This document shows positions 54,914 through 64,000 of a DNA stretch of 64,000 bases, in pieces. The stretch's first letter is position 1, and every line of letters begins with the position of its first letter. Source of the DNA: Eledone cirrhosa (lineage: Eukaryota); contig OZ024744.1 of the NCBI GenBank assembly GCA_964016885.1, positions 61,070,001 to 61,134,000 on the forward strand. Reading direction: 5' to 3'. The translations under genes and the position numbers were made by a program. A model generated the notes under the pieces. The model saw only the letters and a list, made by a program, of their open reading frames with translations. It was not told the origin of the DNA and made no database searches.

Positions 54914-55116
54914 ATGGTTAGCTCTCCTGTCTTAGTATTTTCAGAATTAAAAAGAAGTCTATATATTGAAAGTGATGTGTGGAAATGTGGAAATGTCAGT
55001 GTGGATGGATTGATGGATTGATAGATGGATGAATATGTCTAGAATAGACAGAAAGAAATAGAAGGAGTCAAATAGATGGACAGAAGGTGAAATTGACATA
55101 TATTCAGACAAATTTT

Positions 55117-55122
55117 AATAAA
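55117..55122 (+). promoter_or_regulatory. Candidate polyadenylation signal AATAAA
   Basis: First AATAAA seen after the stop codon, ~200 nt downstream. The context is AT-rich, so the evidence is weak. Confidence 0.35.
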
Positions 55123-55268
55123 GAGCAAATCATAAGAGAAAAAGTAGATAATAAGTAGAAATAGGGAGAGATGAATACATTAAAAAATTGGTTAGATTAA
55201 TAGAAATACGGTGAGATAGATATAGAGCTAATTAGTTGGATAATTTACTAACTAACTATATATATGTA

Positions 55269-55311
<43 letters not shown>

Positions 55312-55829
55312 ATCAAGAAAGAGAGAGTGAGATGGACATAACATAATATATAATATGTATATATAGAAAGGTAGCTAGAAACAGATAAATAGAATGATTT
55401 ATAAACAGAAAGATTTATATTAATACAAACAGTTACTTGCAATATAAGTTTGACTAATTCACTGATTGCAGCTAGAAAAGTGATTAGCCACTAGGTGAAA
55501 CTTGTATTGCAAGTAACTGCCACTTATTAATAAAAAATAAATTATTTCACTTTACTTCACATACAGAGATCAATATCAGATAATGCTTGTAACATATATA
55601 ACATATACCAGTATATATTTTACAGTAATTAATTACATTTTGATAGATAGAGACTTAGATGATGATTAAGAAAGAGAGATACAGAGATACAGATAGGTTC
55701 AACAAGAAAGATAGCAAAATATCTAGTGAATGACTAGATTGGTGGAAAGAAAGATATAATCGACTATTCTCTAAATGTAAGACTGTGTGCTTATGATAGA
55801 CATCATTACCACCACCACCACCACCACCA

Positions 55830-57235
55830 CCACAGATATTTATATGCTCCCTCTGTTTCCAGTGACTTGATTCTTTCACCATTTGGTAGTTCAATTCCAT
55901 CACACCTTACCAGCTTTCCACGCTTCATCTCTATCATTGCACATTTTAAAATGCCAAACTCCATTCCAGTGTCTTTGTAAATTACTCTGACTATCTGCAC
56001 TAAGCTGTCTAGCTCTTATACATGACGACTGTATGGTTTTATAAAATGGTTGAGTTTGTTCCTATCTTTCCCTAGACTATATCTAATTGGCACACTTTTA
56101 AGAACAACTGACAGTGGTGTCATTGCAACAACAAAGTTGGTGATAAACTATCTTCTTGGAAAATTCCCTGCTTTATCGTCACTTCACCTAATCTTTCTCC
56201 AGCTGATGTCAATTCTACTTTCCATTTAACCATTGATTTCTCTGTAAGGATCTTGATGTTAGTTGATACCTTAATATATCCAGTGAAGAATCCAAGAATG
56301 CGGCACCATGTCATATACTTTCTTGTAGTCAATCCAATCAAGGTGAGCCTCTTTTTGCAATCCTTCGGCACCATTTTATCAACCATTAGCTGGTCTTTTA
56401 TTCCTCAGCTATTATGCCAACACCCATTCTGCTCACCAGAAAGCAGATGTTCTCTCTCTTCAAGTGTGTATACATTTCTTCAGCTAATATTCCTGTTAGA
56501 AGCTTCCACATCAAAGACATGTAATTGGTCTGAAATTTGAAACTGTGTTACCATTACTTTCATTTTTCAGTATCAAACATGTGCATCCTTTTGTCATCTA
56601 TTCTGGTTTTTCTCCAAAACTTAAGATTTCATCAAACTGTGTAGTTATTACTTTATGTAGGTTGCTGAAGTTTTCATTTAGATGATCTGGCCTACTTGCT
56701 TTCCATTTTGGTATCTTTCACAACTGGGTTTTCATTGGCTCTTTTGTTATTTTGATGTTTTCTAGCTTCTGTACACCTGTTACCTGTTTCCCAACGTTCT
56801 TTAAACAATCTGTTTCATCATTGAACAGATTTACTCCAAATGTTATTAAAAAAAGCAATGGTTTCTTCTGCATTTAGTCTTACATCAGTGTTCTTTTCTA
56901 TTCCTTCCTGTTTTTCAAACAATCTTTTTGGTTTGATTTGGAAAAGTCTATTCCTGCATGTATTGGATACTTCTTTCTTTGTATTTCTTTAGTTTTGCAG
57001 TCTTTGTTTTTATTTGTTGCTTCATCTCATCCACTTCTGCATTAATTCCCTTATTCTTCACATGATATTGTATTTCCAGTACTCCATTTTTTTAGCTCCT
57101 TCCTCGATTTTGTAACACTGTCTTGAATCCTTCTTTTCCAACATAGCTGCCTGTTAGTCCCCTTTTGTTTTTTTAATTTCCAACAAGTCAGATACAACAT
57201 TTGTCCCAACTAGTACTACGAGGTTTGTTTCATTA
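55830..57235 (-). mobile_element. R4/Dong-type LINE RT fragment
   Basis: IKQGIFQEDSLSP, GMEFGILKCA.I.MKRGK, YKYL. Confidence 0.7.
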
Positions 57236-57261
57236 ATTATTATTATTATTATTATTATTAC

Positions 57262-57878
57262 TCATAACACTTTTGTTCTGGCAGATGTTATACCAACACT
57301 ATACCAAAAGAGTGAGCCATAGCCAATGGTCAAAGGTCCTTTGAGTCATTCCTTCTCCTTCAACTTTCCAACACCATTCTTAGAATCCCTGCTGTTCCTA
57401 GCAAGGCTGTTTTCTGCAAGAATCCTGTCCTGGTGGTAATTCCTAGCTTCTCACACCGTGCATCCAACCTTCTACTAACTGCTCCCAGTGTGCCAACCAC
57501 AATCGGTACCACTTCTACGTGTCTCATTCTCCAGTTTCCTGATTTCTCTCTTCAACTCCTGGTATTTATCAGCTTTCTCACTTTCCTTCTCATTCACCCT
57601 ATGGTCTCACGGTGAAGCAATATCTACAATACATGTCTTGTTATTCTTCCTCTCTATGACAACAATGTCAGGCTTTCTAGCCACAATAAAATGGTCGCAC
57701 TGGATGGTCATATCCCACAAGATCTTATACTTTTCATTTTCAGCCTCCCTTTCTGGTTGGTGTCCCTATCATTATATCATACTTATAACAGAGCTTCCAA
57801 TGAACCAATCTGGCAATGTGGACGTGCCTTCTCTTGTACTCTTTCTGATCAAGCATCTTACATTCACTAATAATGTGG
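57262..57878 (-). mobile_element. R4/Dong-type LINE 3' end (RLE) between (TAT)n tracts
   Basis: Reverse strand reads ILWDMTIQCDHFIVARKPDIV; also LQKTALLGTAGILR. Confidence 0.7.
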
Positions 57879-58373
57879 TTTATTATTATTATTATTATTA
57901 TGTTTTGTTGTTTTTCATTTTCCTTCAGTATTTTTTCTGATATATGCCGAGTGTTTTCCTGACACCTAGGGCAAATAAATTCACTGTATACGTTGGTAAG
58001 CCAGTTAACACACCAAATTGATTATAATTTACAGCTTAAAAAAAATAATAACAATAATAATAATTGTTTCTACTTTAGGCACAAGGCCATCAATTACCCA
58101 GTGCATTACTGGTACTTTATTTTATCGACCCCGTAAGGATGAAAGGCAAAGTTAACCTCGGTGGGATTTGAACTCAGACCGCAAAGGGACGTAACTATGC
58201 TGGAAAGCATGGCGTCCGACCCTCTACCGATACTGCCAAGCCACCACTCTTATAATAACAATAATAATAATATATATATATATACACACACATATATATA
58301 TATGAAATCCTATTTCTTTTATATATATACAATGATATTAAATAAATGGAAACTATATTTATAAAACCATATT

Positions 58374-58437
58374 TATTTTATTATATATATTTCAAGGGTA
58401 CCAAGACAACATTGGTACGCTTTCATCAGATAAAATA
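58374..58437 (-). ncRNA. Minimal type-I hammerhead ribozyme motif in 3' pLTR
   Basis: Reverse strand reads tattttat-CTGATGA-aagcgtaccaa-tgttgtc-ttggtaccctt-GAAA-tatat-ATA-ataaaata. Loop III is palindromic. Confidence 0.8.
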
Positions 58438-61400
58438 CAAAGTTTGTTTTATAAATAGAGACATACCCATGAAAATCAGACCTTATCGGTTGGAAATTCA
58501 CTGGATAGTGGAAATATATTAGGGATTATTCAAACTTATGTGTGAATATGCAAATGAATATGTAAATAATTGAAAAACAACCGTTTATTTAAATGACACG
58601 TTTATTTAAAGAAAGAGAGAAAAAAAATATTACGAGAGAGATAGAGAGAACAAATTAACAAGAGGATGAATAAAACTCATATAACGTTAATTTGGAGGAA
58701 TATATTCAATGGTACGTGTATTTACGATTAATTATTTGTTAAAATTCTTTTCTAATATAATATTTACTGTTATAAGTAGATAGAAAAATAAATAGATAGA
58801 AGAATAGATTTGAAAAATAAATAAATAAATAAATAAATGGATAAATGGATAAATAGATAAATAAATGAATAGATGGGTAAATCGTGTTATAGATAATTGT
58901 TTTAATGAGTTATGAGGGATATTAGTTTTGTATTTAATGTAAGTAAATATTAAGTTAAATTAAATTAAGTTAACTGAGTTAATAAGAATATTTATATTTA
59001 TATATTTTAAAATGGAAAGATACGGAAAAAACTCCAGTTTTGTTTATTTATTCATTAGTATGAGACTATTTTGTCAAAATAAGTATAAATGTTAAAGATA
59101 TATTTAGCCAGAGTTAGTTATTGTTTATACATCTAATAAAAGATATTGAAAAAATATTAAAAATTCGGGAAAATTTAAAAAAAAAAAAATTTATAAGAGA
59201 TAAGTAATTTTTTTTTTAAATAAGTAATTTTTAAAAATAGATAAAAAATAAAAGAAATAAAAAATAAAGAATTAAAAATTATTAAGATTAAAATTACAAT
59301 TAAAATTAAAATTAAAATTAAAATTAAAATTAAAATTAAAATTTAAATTTAAATTAAAATTTAAATTAAAAAAATTATATATATATATTTTAAGAAACTT
59401 TAAGAAGTGAAATTATAGCAAATGTTATAGGTATGATTTAGAGATATCAATATATTAAAACCAAGTGTTATATTAAAACCAAGATTGTTATGGAAATAAG
59501 TAGAAATATTTTAAGTGTAATTATAATTTATATATAGTTCTAAACGTTGAATTCAGGCGATGTCTACAAGAACTAAATAAATTCGTCCTTATATTAATAG
59601 AGTTTAAGTATGAACAAAATTTCCTCAACACACAATTTGCAAAATCTAGATAAAGCTGTGTTTCAGTACGTGGGTGCTTTCGAAACTATTTCCCAAGTTA
59701 AAGAATAGTCCATATTCTTGCATTTTAAGTTCCATATCGGGTTTGAAAGAGAAGTTAAAGATTTTTTATCAAATCTTTGGAAAAAGCATTTGTGATTATT
59801 CCAGCGACTTTTAAATTCTGTAGAAGTTGAACCTACATAGTTAAATATATTATCACTGGTTTTGACTGTACATTTATAGACCACGTCCTTATCTAAACAC
59901 TTATTTTGTAAAGGACAGTTTGATTTAATTCTACAGTTACATTTAGCGGAGTTGATGTTATTCGGAACGGTACTATTATGTTGGATATTGCTAGAGATAT
60001 TACTGCTATTTTGGTTATGGTTTAAATTTCTATTATTGATTCTATTTATATTCTGTGCTATGTTCATAGTAGTAGAGTAAGATAGTTTTATTGTATGTCT
60101 GTTAAAGATTGAGTGGTATCTGTGGGCTTTAGGAAAACATTTATCTAGTGCTTTAAAGAATAGCTTTGCTAAAGGTGTTTTAACGCTTAATGAGAATGGG
60201 GGTGAGTACCAAATAATATTTCTAGTTCTATTTCTTCTGTTAGTTTTAGAGTTTAAGTTAGATTTGTTATTGTAATTATAATTAATAGTAGGGTTATTTG
60301 CCTTATCACTGTTGTCGATGTATTTAATCTTATTTATATAGCCTGCTCTATTTAAAGCTTCATTATAATATTCTGCCTTATCGTCAAAAATGTTTTATTA
60401 GCGGAGATGCGTGAAATACGTTGTTGGATAGAATTAACAATAGTGTTCTTGATAGATCTAGGATGATTAGAATTAAAACTTACATAGTTTAGATTCTCAT
60501 TAATTTTATGGAATGGATAGTAGAGCCCTGTGTTAAGGTTTAATATTACGTCTAAAAAGTTAAAAATGTTATAGTTATTCTCTATTTCTAACTTAAGGTT
60601 GTAGTTATTGAAAAATTGTATTATGGATTTTCTTTTTCTATTAATTTCACAATTACTATGATTTTCAATTAAAAGCAACATATCATCACGATATAAACCA
60701 CCGGTCATCTCTGGTATTTTTCTATGCAGTGTATTATTAATAAATAGCCCCACAAGATCCGTTATTTGCACCGAGTCTGATGATCCCATGGTGATATCAA
60801 AATTATTTTTTCTATCGGCTCTAGTCCAGAGATGATTGTTGAATTCAATTAAAGTTTTCCGTGCGGTTAAGATGATATGCATTTCTTCGCTAGATAAATC
60901 TGTATGTTTAGATGCATAGATCAGAGCTTTATTAAGTAAATTAGGAGTAATGGAGGAGTAGTAGTTTGCAATATCCAATTGAATGAAATTTTTGTTATGT
61001 TTAAATTTTATGTTATTGAACCAATCTATAACCTCGTTAGTACCGTTCCATAGTTTTAGGTAAGATATTTCTTTAAGTTGCGATATGATTCTATCTAATA
61101 TATGTTTACTAACTATGCCTAAGTCTGATTGGTAGATATGTTTACTAACTATGCCTAAGTCTGACTGGTAGTTCTATTTCAAAGTTTCTTTTGTGGTCTT
61201 TCAGGTTAATTTTTGGTCTTCTAGGTATAAAGGGATCGGCCCTATTTTCGATGCCTAATTTATGAATTATTTCAGAAGCTTCTCTATTTATCATTTCAAG
61301 ATCTTCATTAGTTGTTATTTTGTAGTTTTTCCTTAGTTCTTTCAATATAAGGTTATTGTATTCGTCCTTTTTCATTTCGTATAGATTGTTAGTTTTGTCA

Positions 61401-62006
61401 GATTTTACGAAGATTTTCTCAGTTTTTTCAAGATTGTCTATATCTTAAGACCTTTAAGGTATTCCTGGCCTGCAAATTGGTTTTTCTTGAATTTGATTTT
61501 TTGTATAATTGATATTATTTCATTTTCAAATTCCATTAATAGTTTGTTGTTAGGTGGATTTTTCTTGGATTTGAAGATCATATCGAAGTTGTAACTGGAT
61601 TTATTTGTTTTTTCATCTGATTTTCTATCGAAATGGAAGGCACGCCATCTAAGTCTTCGCATAAAGGAGTCAGATTTCTCAATAAGTTGTTTAAGATAGT
61701 AAAGGTACATCTTTTAGAGAAGAAGAAATCCTAAAGAATTTCATTATTTAGCAATCAGTTATAATTTAAAGTGCTCAACATTAAAGGAGCTGTTTATAAG
61801 TAGAAGTGGTATTTAATTTGTTGGAAGTCCGACAAATAAAAATGTTTATAACTGATTTAGAGCCCTCAACAAGTTTATTTACATATTCATTTGCATATTC
61901 ACACATAAGTTTGAATAATCCCTAATATATTTCCACTATCCAGTGAATTTCCAACCGATAAGGTCTGATTTTCATGGGTATGTCTCTATTTATAAAACAA
62001 ACTTTG

Positions 62007-62071
62007 TATTTTATCTGATGAAAGCGTACCAATGTTGTCTTGGTTGCCCTTGAAATATGTATAATAAAATA
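62007..62071 (+). ncRNA. Minimal type-I hammerhead ribozyme motif in inverted pLTR
   Basis: Stem I TATTTTAT/ATAAAATA, CTGATGA at 62015-21, stem II aagcgtaccaa...ttggttgccctt, GAAA at 62052-55, short stem III, ATA cleavage triplet at 62061-63. Confidence 0.8.
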
Positions 62072-62615
62072 AATATGGTTTTATAAATATAGTTTCCATT
62101 TATTTAATATCATTGAATATTTACTTCAGTAACTTGTTGAGGGCTCTAAATCAGTTATAAACATTTATATTTGTCGGACTTCCAACAAATTAAATACCAC
62201 TTCTACTTATATATATATATATACATATACACACACATACATATATATACACACACACATATATATATATATATATACATACACACATATACACATCCAC
62301 ACACATATGCACATACACACACAAACACACATATTTATATATATACATATATACATACACACACACAGATACAATACAAACCCATACACATACACAGATA
62401 CAAATACAAACCCATACACATACATACACATACATATAAGTATATATAAATAAAAGATTATTATTATTATTATTAAAATAAAGAAACCATTATTATTATT
62501 ATCATTATCAAATCCCGCCAAGGTTAACTTTGCCTTTCATCCATACAGAGGTCGATAAAATAAAGTACCAGTAATGTACTGGGTAATTGCTGGCCTTGTG
62601 CCAAAAGTAGAAACA

Positions 62616-62648
<33 letters not shown>

Positions 62649-62649
62649 T

Positions 62650-63395
62650 TATTTATCTTGCTTTATGTTCATATGAGTTATCACCAAGTCACAACCAGTG
62701 ACCTCAGGAGACAACAATGTCCGCCATGTTCAAGAAAGAACATACATACACACACATACATCTTTAGGTGTTTAGACTTGTGATGTACTTATATTGACAG
62801 AATCTTCCTTAGTATATGGGCAGTTCCCATTAGTACTAACTTTTGTATTTCTTCTATAAAAGGTTTCCTGGGATTTGCAATAAGTAATTATTAGACCCCT
62901 TAGGTATCATTCCTAGAGCGCCCACAACCACTGGTATTGTTTTAGTTCTCAACTTCCACATTTTTCCAATTTCTATCTCCAGGTCCTTATACTTGCTCAA
63001 TTTTTCAAATGTTTTTATAGATACATTCTTGTCTATTGGAATGGACATATCAATTAGCAGGCATACCCTCTTTTTAAAGTCCTTCAGTATTATATCAGGT
63101 CTATTTGCATCTATTTTTCGGTCTGTTTGGATGCTAAAGTTCCACAAGATTGAGATGTGATCTTTTTCAAGTACGGGAGGTGGTTGATGCTCCCACCAAT
63201 TCTTTTGATGGGGCAGGTCAAAATGCTTACACATTACCCAATGTATGTATTGTCCAGCTTTCTCGTGCCTGTTTAGGTATTCGGGTGGAGCTTTAGGACT
63301 GCACATTGAAATGATATGATCATTGGTCTCTGGTTGTTTTTTACATACACGGCATAATGGGTTGCATCCATTTTTTATTTTATGATGTTGGCTTG
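62650..63395 (-). mobile_element. R4/Dong-type LINE 3' end (zinc knuckle + RLE) between (TAT)n tracts
   Basis: CRVC...ETNDHIISMC...RH...ILWNFSIQTDRKIDANRPDI...IDMSIP...EK..KYKDL. Confidence 0.85.
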
Positions 63396-63398
63396 ATA

Positions 63399-63434
<36 letters not shown>

Positions 63435-64000
63435 AGGGCAGTGGATTGGCAGTATTGGTGGAGTGTCAGACAAGGCATAGAGTAATGGCTCTTTATGTTC
63501 TGAGTTCAAATCCCGCTGAGGTTAACTTTATCTTTTATCCTTAGGGGGTCAATAAAATAAAGCACCAGTACTGCACTAGGGATAATTTAATTGACTTTTC
63601 CTTCTCCCCAAATTGCTGGCCTTGTGCCTATAGTAGAAATTATTATTATTATTATTATTATTATCATTATTTTTTTATCATTATTACTATTATTATTAAA
63701 TTTTCCTTTGATTTCACTTTATATACAATGACTACCAAGTATCAACCAGATACTTAGGCCAGACATCTTTGGTTTTGACAATTTTCGATAATATGAGGCA
63801 GGTATAGAAGAATAGAAAAAACTATGGTTGAAGGAAAACAGTTATTATTATTATTATTACTATTGGCAGTATCGGTAGAGGGTTGGACGCCATGTTTTCT
63901 AGCATAGTTACGTCCCTTTACAGTCTGAGTTCAAATCCCGCCGAGGTTGACTTTGCCTTTCATCTTTACGGGGTCGATAAAATAAAGTACCAGTAATGTA

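Larger units (their letters stand above)
58330..62211 (-). mobile_element. Penelope-like retroelement (RT + C-terminal GIY-YIG), decayed ORF, inverted pseudo-LTRs with hammerhead motifs; probably Hydra clade
   Basis: ORF pieces ~61740 to 59522: LIEKSDSFMRRLRWRAFHF, DIANYYSSI, FDITMGS.D, GGLYRDD (RT), CNCRIKSNCPLQNKC, VVYKC...YVGST...FKSRW (GIY-YIG), terminal CRH. 240-bp inverted repeats at 58330-58569 and 61875-62115. Flanked by (TA)n. Confidence 0.9.

Overview
AT-rich, repeat-dense animal DNA. The SINE, LINE and microsatellite landscape suggests a cephalopod, probably an octopus (inference). One intact 5-exon gene on the + strand (CDS 8314-54913, 1269 aa, all GT-AG junctions in frame) encodes a secreted, possibly GPI-anchored beta-lactamase/penicillin-binding-protein-like serine hydrolase with SxxK, YxN and HSG motifs and a DUF3471-like C-terminus. 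The enzyme follows a ~650-aa microsatellite-coded Thr/Asn/Ser/Asp-rich N-terminal region that carries furin-type sites. The introns and flanks hold nested RTE and R4/Dong-type LINEs, a CRE-like element, a decayed hAT transposon, hAT and piggyBac-like MITEs and many tRNA-SINEs. The most striking non-coding signal is a set of hammerhead ribozyme motifs (CUGAUGA...GAAA...NUH). They occur in the inverted pseudo-LTRs of a Penelope-like retroelement (58.3-62.2 kb) and in two ORF-less fold-back elements inserted in (TA)n inside introns 1 and 3. In both fold-backs the ribozyme is sense to the host pre-mRNA and is preceded by its own antisense copy.
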